A stretch of DNA of 64,000 nucleotides from positions 131,839 to 195,838 of the forward strand of contig JAOZGC010000001.1 in the NCBI GenBank assembly GCA_027491915.1, in the 5' to 3' direction. The position numbers and the translations under genes are program-made. This stretch comes from Thermoproteota archaeon. GTDB taxonomy: Archaea > Korarchaeota > Korarchaeia > Korarchaeales > Korarchaeaceae. The notes beneath the pieces were generated by a model, which did not search any database, had not been told where the DNA came from, and saw only the letters and a list, made by a program, of their open reading frames with translations. Shown here one piece after another: positions 36,991 to 45,570 of the stretch (within the stretch, counting starts at the first letter, position 1; each line of letters starts with the position of its first letter).

Positions 36991-39804
36991 TTAAACCGAC
37001 CTCCGGAGGGATATGCCCCAGTGAGATATCTCCGCTGACCTCCTTAGCCTGAGGAAAATGAGGCCAACCTCCGAGGCGACCATCAGGGATGCCCCGAGCC
37101 ATAACAGAGAGATCCCGGGGATCATCTTGACCTGGACGCTGATCCCCCGGCCGCGCAGGACCGAAGACGACGGATCGAATCTGGACGCCCGATCGTACAG
37201 GTCCAATATCTGGGGTACCACCTCCCCCGCATCGGTCGGCGCGCCCAGATAGGAGACGGTGAGGAGGGACGCCAAGGCGAGCTTCTGCTCCTCCCCCAAT
37301 CCTTCGAAGGTCTTCCCGAGGTAGAAGACCATGAGCTCGTGGAATCCCACGCTCCACCTCCTCCCCCTGAGTATGGGGGGGTTGAACACGAGGTACAGAT
37401 CGTCGGCCCCGATCCCCACGGGCATCACCTGGGCCACCAGGCCGTGAATCCCCTGGACCTCCCCGTTGACATCGAATCGGATCCTCACATCTCTCTCGAC
37501 TCCCCCAACCCGCATCTCAAGGAGGAGCTCGGCCCCTCCCGGAACCTCCTCCGGAACCGGCAGGTAGCCCTCGCATCCCGGGGGAAGCTCGGGTCGAAGC
37601 TGGGCCGCCGCCAGGCATCCCTCGGGCGGCGGCAGGGCGATCTCATCCGGGAGGGAGTCCAGTCCGTGCTCCTCTATTATCTCCAGCAGGTCGGCGATCA
37701 CCTCGGGGTTCTCCTGCCCGACGTAGAAGGACGTGAGGGTGGGGGCCGGGGCCGGGACGTCCACCTTCCCCCCGTCCGGGAAGACGTAGTACCCCTCGTC
37801 GACCCTCATGACCTCTCCCTCAGCGGGATCGTCCGAGGGGATCAGGACGGCCCTCTCCACCTCCAGTTCTCCCGACCCGAGGCGTAGGGAGAGAGGATTC
37901 CTGAACTCCAGCCTCACCGCCGACCCGCCCGCCTGCCGCGAGGGCGGGGTCAGGGATACGTTCCCCCTGACCTCGACCTCGAGAGACGCCCCGGAGACGT
38001 CGGCCGCGATGCGGCCGTAGACCTTTGGATCCCCGACGGAAACCAGGGCGGTCTCCGGCGTTCCCCCACCCACCGGGGTGACCTCGGCCTCGGCCGACGA
38101 TTCCCCCACCGCGGCGGCTCCCCCCCTCAGCATTCTGTGCAGCCTCAGGGCGCCGCCGTACTCCTCCGCCACCCTGTAGATGTAATCCAGGGTCCAGAGG
38201 AACGCCAGGGCGGCCCCCCTGTGTATCTCCGACCTGCCGACGTAGGGGGAGTATATGTCCACCTCTCCCCCAGACATCCTGTACTCGTAATCCCTGAACT
38301 CCAGGTCGACGTCGCCGATCCCCACGTCGGCGCCGGGCGGTATGGACAGCTCCTCGAAGTAGGACCTACCGTAGGCGAAGGGACCGCTGATCGCTATCCC
38401 GAGCATGATCAGCGCGGCCGCCGAGTGGAGGGCCGACAGGAGGGCCGCCGCCGGCGCCCGGGCCGAGGCCCACCGGTAGAGCGACACGAGGCCGGAGGCC
38501 ACCCCCACCACGGAGAAGGGTGTCAGTACCGATATCATGGCGTTGGTGACCGCGGGGCTTGCGGGCGACCAGACGAGCCTGCCGGAGAGAGTCAGGTGGA
38601 GCAGGACCCCCGACAGGATCGAGGTCCCCGCCAGGAGGCCAGAGGCCTCCCTCCAGCCGATGCCCCCTCCGAGCCCCAGGGTGCACAGGGGTATGGACGC
38701 GGTCAGCGCCAGCGCGAGGGGGAGCAGGATGGGGTGGAAGAACCCCACGGCCGAGTCCATCTGGGGGACGTCCACCCCGAGTCCGGCCAGGCTGCCGACC
38801 GTCCCGACGGTGAGCACCGCCGCGAGGAACAAGAACATCATGGAGAGCGACAGGTAGGACACGACGAGCCCGAGCCTGTAGGGAGTGGAGGTCGGCTTGC
38901 CTATTCCCTGCCCCCCAGATCTCCTGAGCCCCGCCGCCACGAAGGCCGATGCCAGGGAGAGTGTGAGTACCCCGGTGGCCGATCTGGCGGAGGCGAAGCT
39001 GTGCAGGGGGGACACCCCTCCCCTGGTGACCAGGATGGCCAGGAAGACGCTCCCCGCCGATGCCATGAGGGAGGTGTAGGATAGGCCCCTGTCCAGCGGT
39101 CTGACGTGCATGAACGCCGTCAGGGCTAGCCAGGGAACAAGCTCTGCCGTCTCGACCGGATCCCAGGCCCAATAGCCCCCCCACCCGAAGGTGACGTAGC
39201 TCCAATAGCCGCCGAGGACCAGTCCCAGGGTGAGCAGCACCCAGCCGGCCTCCGCCAGCGAGTCGCTCGCCTCCAGGCGGCCCCTGTGGGCCGCCACGGC
39301 CGCCGCGGATATCAGGGCGTATCCCGCGAACGTTGAGAGGGGGTGCGGGTATATCCAGGGGCTCTTGAGCAGGGGGTTCAGTCCCATTCCGGCGGCGGCC
39401 GCCGGGGCCGCCGATTCGAAGGCCCCGTCCAAGAGCGCCAGGGCCGCCGAGGAGGCCGCCAGAATAGAATACTCGGCATCCAGTTTCGGATCGTGGTGGC
39501 GCCTCCCGTGGGCGAGGGCCACCGCAGATAGTATGGCCGCGAACAGGAGCAGGCTCCCCCCACCTCCTGCCCAGCTGGACGCGACCCTGAACGCTAGGGG
39601 CATCCCCCTCGACGACGACTCGTAAACCGGTCTCAGGGTGTAGTCCTGGGAGACGAACGCCCAGACGTAGGCCATCCAATCCGCGATTATCAGGAGGTGA
39701 GCGACTAGCGAGAGGCGGGTTCTCCTGCCGGAGGCCCAGGAGGCGGCGGCCGACGCCAGCAGGAGGGCCGCGCCGGAGGAAGCCACCACCCCGGTGTAGT
39801 GCAA
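36991..39804 (-). CDS. ccmF: Cytochrome c maturation heme lyase CcmF, enlarged
   Basis: GLNPLL....HP, GGYWSY..GWGGYWAWDPVE WWD domain, LH/HSFA His ligands; TTG at 39804 after GGAGG. Confidence 0.93.
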   Translation of the reverse strand: MHYTGVVASSGAALLLASAAASWASGRRTRLSLVAHLLIIADWMAYVWAFVSQDYTLRPVYESSSRGMPLAFRVASSWAGGGGSLLLFAAILSAVALAHGRRHHDPKLDAEYSILAASSAALALLDGAFESAAPAAAAGMGLNPLLKSPWIYPHPLSTFAGYALISAAAVAAHRGRLEASDSLAEAGWVLLTLGLVLGGYWSYVTFGWGGYWAWDPVETAELVPWLALTAFMHVRPLDRGLSYTSLMASAGSVFLAILVTRGGVSPLHSFASARSATGVLTLSLASAFVAAGLRRSGGQGIGKPTSTPYRLGLVVSYLSLSMMFLFLAAVLTVGTVGSLAGLGVDVPQMDSAVGFFHPILLPLALALTASIPLCTLGLGGGIGWREASGLLAGTSILSGVLLHLTLSGRLVWSPASPAVTNAMISVLTPFSVVGVASGLVSLYRWASARAPAAALLSALHSAAALIMLGIAISGPFAYGRSYFEELSIPPGADVGIGDVDLEFRDYEYRMSGGEVDIYSPYVGRSEIHRGAALAFLWTLDYIYRVAEEYGGALRLHRMLRGGAAAVGESSAEAEVTPVGGGTPETALVSVGDPKVYGRIAADVSGASLEVEVRGNVSLTPPSRQAGGSAVRLEFRNPLSLRLGSGELEVERAVLIPSDDPAEGEVMRVDEGYYVFPDGGKVDVPAPAPTLTSFYVGQENPEVIADLLEIIEEHGLDSLPDEIALPPPEGCLAAAQLRPELPPGCEGYLPVPEEVPGGAELLLEMRVGGVERDVRIRFDVNGEVQGIHGLVAQVMPVGIGADDLYLVFNPPILRGRRWSVGFHELMVFYLGKTFEGLGEEQKLALASLLTVSYLGAPTDAGEVVPQILDLYDRASRFDPSSSVLRGRGISVQVKMIPGISLLWLGASLMVASEVGLIFLRLRRSAEISHWGISLRRSV

Positions 39805-39824
39805 TCTACGATCCCTCCGCCCGG

Positions 39825-40868
39825 CTACTCCAGCATCAGGTATATCCCCAGCGCGGCCAGGATCGCCCCGGCCGACCTCTCGAACCACTTGGAGGACGAG
39901 ATGGGGCCGCCCAAAACCCCGACCCTCCCGATCAGGTACAGCGAGGCCGCCAGGGCGGCGGACATCCCGGCGGCCAGCAGGACCGCGCCGGCCACGCCCG
40001 TCGCCGGGTCTCCGGCCGCCCCCACCAACGCGACGTAGCCCGCCAGCAGGGGCAGGCCGCACTGCGCCGCCACCAGCCCGAAGCCGAAGCAGGCGGCCGG
40101 CAGGCTCGAGGACAGGATGGACCTAATCCTCCTCCCGGGGATCGGGCAGGAGTCAGAGGCGGAGAACGCCGCGATCGACCCGAAGAGGACGGCCGCCGAG
40201 GCCATGGCCCTCCTCACGCCTCCCATAACCCCGATGGCGGCGGACGAGGCCAGCCCCAGGAGGGCGGCCAGGGCCGCGGTTCCCAGGAAGGAGGAGGCGG
40301 CGCAGAGGATGTAGTCCCTGGCCCTCCTCCCCCCGCCGACGGTCGCGTAGGCCGCCACCAGGGGGGCCGAACACGGAGACAGGGCCATCAGCGCCCCCAG
40401 CGCCGGGAGGAGGTACAGGGGGGCAGACGCCGGTCCGGCCGCGCTCTCGGCCTCGGCCGACCCGACCGACTCCTCTATCCACTCCCTGAGCACTGCCTCC
40501 GGGTCCCCGCCCACCTCCCCGACCAACCTGCCCACGACCGCCCCCTCCCTGAGCACCAGGAAGGTGGGAGTCTCCGTCACCCCGTACTCGGAGAAAGTCC
40601 GGTCGGTCTCCCCCGGTATGAGGGGCACGTCGACCGCCCTCACCCCGGGGGGAGGCGAGGCCTCTATGGAATCCCACGCAGGCTTCATCCTCTCGCAAGA
40701 GGGGCAGGTCCAGCTCCAGAACATGACCGCCACGACCCCCCTCTCGAGGTCGCCCGCCGCCGTCAGCCCCCCAATCCCCCGCCCGACCGGGGGGGCCAAG
40801 ACGATCCCGAGGCCGACGGACGAGACCACGACGACGGCCGCCAGCATCCCCTGACCCTCGATCCTCAA
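39825..40868 (-). CDS. Thioredoxin-CcdA (DsbD-beta) fusion
   Basis: N-terminal TM, WTCPSC...TPTF thioredoxin, then LSPC...QCGLP transmembrane CcdA-like domain. Confidence 0.85.
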   Translation of the reverse strand: MRIEGQGMLAAVVVVSSVGLGIVLAPPVGRGIGGLTAAGDLERGVVAVMFWSWTCPSCERMKPAWDSIEASPPPGVRAVDVPLIPGETDRTFSEYGVTETPTFLVLREGAVVGRLVGEVGGDPEAVLREWIEESVGSAEAESAAGPASAPLYLLPALGALMALSPCSAPLVAAYATVGGGRRARDYILCAASSFLGTAALAALLGLASSAAIGVMGGVRRAMASAAVLFGSIAAFSASDSCPIPGRRIRSILSSSLPAACFGFGLVAAQCGLPLLAGYVALVGAAGDPATGVAGAVLLAAGMSAALAASLYLIGRVGVLGGPISSSKWFERSAGAILAALGIYLMLE

Positions 40869-40872
40869 GGAC

Positions 40873-41523
40873 TCACACCTCCAGCACGTATCCGGCCAGG
40901 GCGGACGCCAGCAGCGAGAAGAACGCCCCGGTCAGCGCGAGCGCGACGATCCCGGAGCGTCCCCCGACCGACAGGAACGCCAGGATCTCTTGGACGGCCG
41001 GGAGGCTCAGCACCAGGATCATCGTGGGGAGCAGAATTCCCCTGGCCCTCAGATATACCGCCATGGCCGAGGAGAGGGCGGAGACGGCCGAGAGATACAG
41101 GCCGGCCGCCGCCGACATCGAGAACAGGTAGGGCAGGTCCCCTATCGCCTCACCTGACAGCACCGCGACCGCCGCGAGCGAGATTCCGATGAGACCCTCC
41201 ATTAGGGTGACGCTGAGCAGCAGCTTGGCGGCGAAGAAAGTCGTCGGCCGAACCGGGGTTAGCCTGACCCCGTCCAGGGTTCCCAGATCCTCCTCCCTTA
41301 CTATCGTCATGATCGAGGTGAACACCGCCAGGAAGACGGCTATCAGGGCGATGCCGGCGCCGATCAGGGGCAGGGGATCCTCCGGAGAGAGCCTGTTTAC
41401 CGCGAAACCCAACACGCTGGAGGAGGCCACCGAGAAGACGACGGCCCCGCCGAGCTCCGGGAGATTCCTGGCCTCCAGCCTCAGATCCTTCCAGAGGATC
41501 GTCCTAACCTGGTTCAGCCTCAA
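40873..41523 (-). CDS. ccmB: Heme exporter protein CcmB
   Basis: KDLRLEAR, REEDLGTLDG, AKL, LLP..L; six TMs; ccm context. Confidence 0.88.
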   Translation of the reverse strand: MRLNQVRTILWKDLRLEARNLPELGGAVVFSVASSSVLGFAVNRLSPEDPLPLIGAGIALIAVFLAVFTSIMTIVREEDLGTLDGVRLTPVRPTTFFAAKLLLSVTLMEGLIGISLAAVAVLSGEAIGDLPYLFSMSAAAGLYLSAVSALSSAMAVYLRARGILLPTMILVLSLPAVQEILAFLSVGGRSGIVALALTGAFFSLLASALAGYVLEV

Positions 41524-42136
41524 CTCTGCCGTCCCCCCCTATCTTGAATACCCTATCTACTATCAGGCTCGGATCGGTGGGCGACGTCAAGAGGACCGCC
41601 CCGCCGGACGACGAGATCCTTCGCAGGAGGGTCCGAATCCACCTCCTCCCGGGCTCGTCCAAGCCAGCCGTCGGCTCGTCCATCAGGACGAGTCGGGGTG
41701 AGTGGATCAAGGTCCTGACGATGTCCACCCTCTTGCGCCATCCGTAGCTCAGCTTGGAGACCGCAGCGTCCATCAGATCCGACAACCCGAGCTCCTCTAT
41801 GATCCCCCGAACGTGGGAGATCCCCGGGAGACCGTGGAGTCCCGCATAGTAGGCCAGGTTCTCCCTCACCGTCAGGTCCCCGTAGAGAGGGGGGGTGTGG
41901 GGCAGCAGGCCAACGGTGGCCTTCGCCTCGGGTCTCCTGGCGTCCACGCCGGAGACCAGGACCCTCCCCCTGGACGGCGTTATCAGGCCGGCGGCGAGCC
42001 TGAGCAGCGTCGTCTTTCCCGACCCGTTCGGCCCGACTACCGCCGCCACCTCTCCCCCTCTGAGGCTCAGGTTGACCTCCCTGAGCACGTAACCGGATCC
42101 AAAACCCTTCCAAACGTCCCTGAACTCCAGCAGCAC
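41504..42136 (-). CDS. ccmA: Heme exporter ATP-binding protein CcmA
   Basis: GPNGSGKTT, LTVRENL, LSYG, LMDEP; short, no C-terminal domain; ccm context. Confidence 0.88.
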   Translation of the reverse strand: MLLEFRDVWKGFGSGYVLREVNLSLRGGEVAAVVGPNGSGKTTLLRLAAGLITPSRGRVLVSGVDARRPEAKATVGLLPHTPPLYGDLTVRENLAYYAGLHGLPGISHVRGIIEELGLSDLMDAAVSKLSYGWRKRVDIVRTLIHSPRLVLMDEPTAGLDEPGRRWIRTLLRRISSSGGAVLLTSPTDPSLIVDRVFKIGGDGRVEAEPG

Positions 42137-42553
42137 TCAACCACCCGTGGCCGGCGGGGCATCATAGGCCCTGTGGCAGCCTTGTAGGATCTGCTCTATC
42201 TCTATCTCCCCGAGCACGCCCTCCCCCTCACCCGCCGGGTAGAACACGCCCCTGATCACTATCTCCTGGTCCACCGTCCTGTGAGACGGGGGGGCCCCGT
42301 ACTGGCCCAGGAACTTGGTCAGGTTGTAGACCGCGCGCACGGCATTGCCCTCGTCGTCTCCCAGGACGAAGACCAGCAGATCCCTCTCCGGCTCGATCTC
42401 CGTGTCCACCAGGCGGGCCCTGACGGTCACCGCGGTCGGCCTCCTGTACTCGGCCAGCTCGCCCACGTCGACGTAAGAGCTGGACGCGACGGCCGCGTAC
42501 CCGACGAGCGCGAGCAGCACGGCCGCCGACGCAGCCAGCGCCAGCGCCCTCAA
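42137..42553 (-). CDS. ccmE: Heme chaperone CcmE, CxxxY (System I*) type
   Basis: N-terminal TM, OB-fold-like beta strands, C-terminal ILQGCHRAY. Confidence 0.85.
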   Translation of the reverse strand: MRALALAASAAVLLALVGYAAVASSSYVDVGELAEYRRPTAVTVRARLVDTEIEPERDLLVFVLGDDEGNAVRAVYNLTKFLGQYGAPPSHRTVDQEIVIRGVFYPAGEGEGVLGEIEIEQILQGCHRAYDAPPATGG

Positions 42554-43596
42554 GCTGCCCCCTCCCTCGAAAGGCGGGCCAGCCCCAGCGGGACGGCCGC
42601 GTATATCAGGGAGTTGATCGGGTTCCCCCAGTATGGGACAAGCCTGAGATCCTCGGCCATGACGATTCCCCCTTCCAACCTTCCTCTCACCAGGATCCAG
42701 TGGCCCCGGAGCGTGAGTACCTCCTCTCCCCCCACCTGCACGGTCAGGGGGCGTATGGGCGGATCTCCACGATACTCAAGATCCAACTCCTCGCCCTCCG
42801 CCGCGACCCTGAGCCTCAACGTCCCGTTCTCCGCCTCGCCCGATACTACCAGGGCCTTGAACTCCCCGGCCCGGGGGTCGGTGCCCGCGAGACTCGGCGG
42901 GAGCTGGAGGGCCGCCACCGCCAGCGCGGCCAGGACGACGGGGGCGGCCACGTAAATCGGGATGCCGCCCCGCCCCGCGGATGCGGCCAAGAGAACGGCC
43001 TCCGCGGAGATCAATGCGGTTCTGCTGGCGAAGAGGATCGCCGTCAACCCCCCGTGGACGAAGGCCGCCGTCTCGGGTGCCACTGGGTGGAGGCTGGGCA
43101 TGGCGTAGGGGACGACGAAGCTCAGGGGGACCGTGGAGTAGGCCGCCGCGGCGAAGGCCATGGAGACCCTGGGCCTGACGTCCGGATCCTTTACACTCGA
43201 TCTGACAGCGAGATAAACCGTGAAGGCCAGGAACATGAAGAGGACGCCGGTCTCCCTCGGATCCCAGTTCCACGGCGAGCCCCAGGACTCTGAGGCCCAC
43301 ACCATGCCGGTCGCCAGCGTGGCCGCGCCGGCGACCAGCCCGGCCAGTATGAACGAGTGGGCCGCGCGCTCGGCGCTCTCAGACCCCCTAACGAGGAACG
43401 CCAGGGCGAAGGCAAATCCCAGGGTGAACAGGACGTAGGTTGCCACCGAAACGGGGACGTGGATGTACAGGTTCCTGTAGGCGGTTGGATCTCCGAGCGG
43501 GACCACCGACGGGAATGGACCCATCACCTGAGAGACGAACAGGGTCGCGGCGTCCAGAGTGGAGATCAGGGCCGCGGTCGCCAGGCGGGCTCTCAT
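42550..43596 (-). CDS. ccmC: Heme exporter CcmC with C-terminal CcmE-like extension
   Basis: RNLYIHVP, TGMVWASESWGSPWNWDPRET WWD motif, SLHP; about 130 extra residues at the C-terminus. Confidence 0.92.
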   Translation of the reverse strand: MRARLATAALISTLDAATLFVSQVMGPFPSVVPLGDPTAYRNLYIHVPVSVATYVLFTLGFAFALAFLVRGSESAERAAHSFILAGLVAGAATLATGMVWASESWGSPWNWDPRETGVLFMFLAFTVYLAVRSSVKDPDVRPRVSMAFAAAAYSTVPLSFVVPYAMPSLHPVAPETAAFVHGGLTAILFASRTALISAEAVLLAASAGRGGIPIYVAAPVVLAALAVAALQLPPSLAGTDPRAGEFKALVVSGEAENGTLRLRVAAEGEELDLEYRGDPPIRPLTVQVGGEEVLTLRGHWILVRGRLEGGIVMAEDLRLVPYWGNPINSLIYAAVPLGLARLSREGAA

Positions 43597-43720
43597 CGGC
43601 TGATCACCAGGGTTCCCTTGGAGGCGATAAAAGGGTGGGGGGGAGGGTAGGGGAGGGCGAATCAGGTCGGGTGGGGTGAATCGTTGGAGGACCCTCCCCC
43701 CGGGGGGAACTTCGATGGCC

Positions 43721-44431
43721 TCAGGCCGACGGCTCGTCCCTGTATCCGAAGACTATCGACCTGAGCATCCCGTAGACCCAGCCGGCGTAGGCGTGCACTA
43801 TGAGGACCACGAGCACCGCGGCCGCCAGGAGGAAGTGGGCCGCCCTGGTCGCCACGGCCTCCCTGGTCCCTATCACCAGGGCGGCTGCGCCCTGGACCTG
43901 GAGGTTGTCCGGTATCACGGCCGCGCACAGCCTGTGCACCTGCGCCAGCGGCTCTGGGAACATCAGGGCCAGCCCGGTGACTATGATGCCCGCCCCCAGC
44001 AGGAACCAGAGCCACCAGGCGAGAACCTCGGTCGGGACTACCTTCTCCACGTAGTCCCCCCTGTCCTCATCGTACCTTATGGGTTCGGAGACGTGCCTGC
44101 CGGTGAACCAGGCCCTGACCTCCGCGAAGAAGAAGTCGAACCCGGCCGGTATCCTCCTGAGGCCGTACCACCTGTACTCCCCGTCCATGACGAACAGGTA
44201 TATGAAGAACAGGGCGGTGGCCGCGAACGCCAGCCCCGTGACCTCGTGCAGCTGCCTGGCCGTACCCCTGGAGATTATCTCCATGTTCAGGGCCTCTGAG
44301 AGGCTTATTCCCGTTACCCCGAGGATCGCCCCCTCGGCCACCATGAGCCAGTGGACTATCCTGAACAGCAGGGAGTGCCTCCTTACCCTGACCCTCCCGC
44401 CGGCCTCACTCCTCGCCGCCATGGCCGCCAC
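43721..44431 (-). CDS. Diheme cytochrome b (FdnI/HyaC-like membrane subunit)
   Basis: RHS..FRIVHW, RQLH, RAAH...IVH: four His on four TMs; overlaps the upstream gene end. Confidence 0.87.
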   Translation of the reverse strand: MAAMAARSEAGGRVRVRRHSLLFRIVHWLMVAEGAILGVTGISLSEALNMEIISRGTARQLHEVTGLAFAATALFFIYLFVMDGEYRWYGLRRIPAGFDFFFAEVRAWFTGRHVSEPIRYDEDRGDYVEKVVPTEVLAWWLWFLLGAGIIVTGLALMFPEPLAQVHRLCAAVIPDNLQVQGAAALVIGTREAVATRAAHFLLAAAVLVVLIVHAYAGWVYGMLRSIVFGYRDEPSA

Positions 44432-45443
44432 CCACCGCCCTCTTTATCAGGTGGATCGCGACTCCGCCGACGGCGGCTCCGGTCAGGAACCCGGCCCAGG
44501 TGTTGAGCGGGGTGCCGTAGGCGGTCTGGAGCCTGGCCTCGGCCACGTGGGGCCTCATGTCCTTGTGGCAGGTCTCGCACTGCAGGAATCCCCTGGTGAA
44601 CTGGCCGCCCTCGTAGTCCTTACCCTTGTAGTGGCAGGTCCTGCACTCGGCCGTCGTCTGGGAGAGGGTTATCCCGGCGATGGCCTCCTCCAGCGCCCCC
44701 CTGAGGTCGGCGTTCAGGAGCTCCACCGCCTTGGCCGCGACGTCACCGGTCAGCCTGGCGCACCTCTCGGACCTCTCCGCGGAGCCGCTCGCGTAGCCGG
44801 ATATCTCGCACCACTTGCCCACGGATACGTGGCACAGCACGGACCCGCTCACGTTCTGGGGGAGGACCTTGTCGCTCTTGTACTTGGGGACCAGGAACTG
44901 GTGGCCGCTGGCGTAGGAGTTGGACGTGTCGCTCGGGAAGGGGGTGATCTCGTACCACCTCATGAGGGCCTTTCCTATCTTGTCCCAGTTCTCGCTCACC
45001 ATGGTGACGGCAGAGATCGACCCGTTGAGCGCGCCGCACAGGGTTCCCCAGGCCACCCCCCCGCCGTAACCGTACTGCATCATCCCGTGGAGGTGCCTCT
45101 TCTCCTCCAGGGCGCTCAGGACCTCCTCCCTATCGGGCAGCGGGAGTAGCGTGTAGGGATATCCCACCTGCTCCTTCAGGGCCGTCATGATCGCCCAGAA
45201 GCTCCCTCCCCCACACTCGAAGGAGTAGTACCCGAGGTGGCCCAGCTTCCTCACGTACTCCGGATCCAGCTCGACGTAGGGCCACGGCAGCTCCGGGGCT
45301 CCCTGCTCCTCCTGGGCCACGACCGGCTCCACCCTGAGGGACGCCACCACGCTCCCGACTGAGGCGACGGCCAGCCCCTTCAGGAAGGATCTCCTGCTGG
45401 TGTCAACCAAGTTCGACACCTTAGCCGGGCCCGTGGCCGTCAT
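44406..45443 (-). CDS. Tat-exported split-Soret-cytochrome-c-like protein (C-GCAxxG-C-C domain plus two CxxCH, C-terminal anchor)
   Basis: SRRSFLK, LPWPY..LDP, ECGGG, YGYGG..WGTLCGALNG, LCHVSV..WC, ERCARLT, then CRTCH and CETCH, terminal TM. Confidence 0.85.
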   Translation of the reverse strand: MTATGPAKVSNLVDTSRRSFLKGLAVASVGSVVASLRVEPVVAQEEQGAPELPWPYVELDPEYVRKLGHLGYYSFECGGGSFWAIMTALKEQVGYPYTLLPLPDREEVLSALEEKRHLHGMMQYGYGGGVAWGTLCGALNGSISAVTMVSENWDKIGKALMRWYEITPFPSDTSNSYASGHQFLVPKYKSDKVLPQNVSGSVLCHVSVGKWCEISGYASGSAERSERCARLTGDVAAKAVELLNADLRGALEEAIAGITLSQTTAECRTCHYKGKDYEGGQFTRGFLQCETCHKDMRPHVAEARLQTAYGTPLNTWAGFLTGAAVGGVAIHLIKRAVGGGHGGEE

Positions 45444-45480
45444 TTATAATATGAGATCTGCGAAATAGGCGTTTATCTTT

Positions 45481-45500
45481 GAATTTTGCCCGCAAACTTC
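45481..45500. promoter_or_regulatory. Imperfect palindrome GAATTTTGC-CC-GCAAACTTC upstream of the cytochrome operon
   Basis: 9-bp arms with one mismatch in the AT-rich spacer 45444-45570. Confidence 0.4.
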
Positions 45501-45570
45501 GCCTTCCGTGCCCGAAACCGGGTGCAATAAAAATCATTAAATTTATATCTGATGATCTATTCATCTGGGA

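Noticed and set aside
36785-37357. N-terminal extension of the ABC ATPase ORF; likewise extensions of GGR (to 16398), CcmF (to 40062), TtuA (to 21074) and dodecin (to 47946)
   Set aside because: They overlap neighbouring genes and lack family similarity; downstream starts with SD or coupling signals fit better
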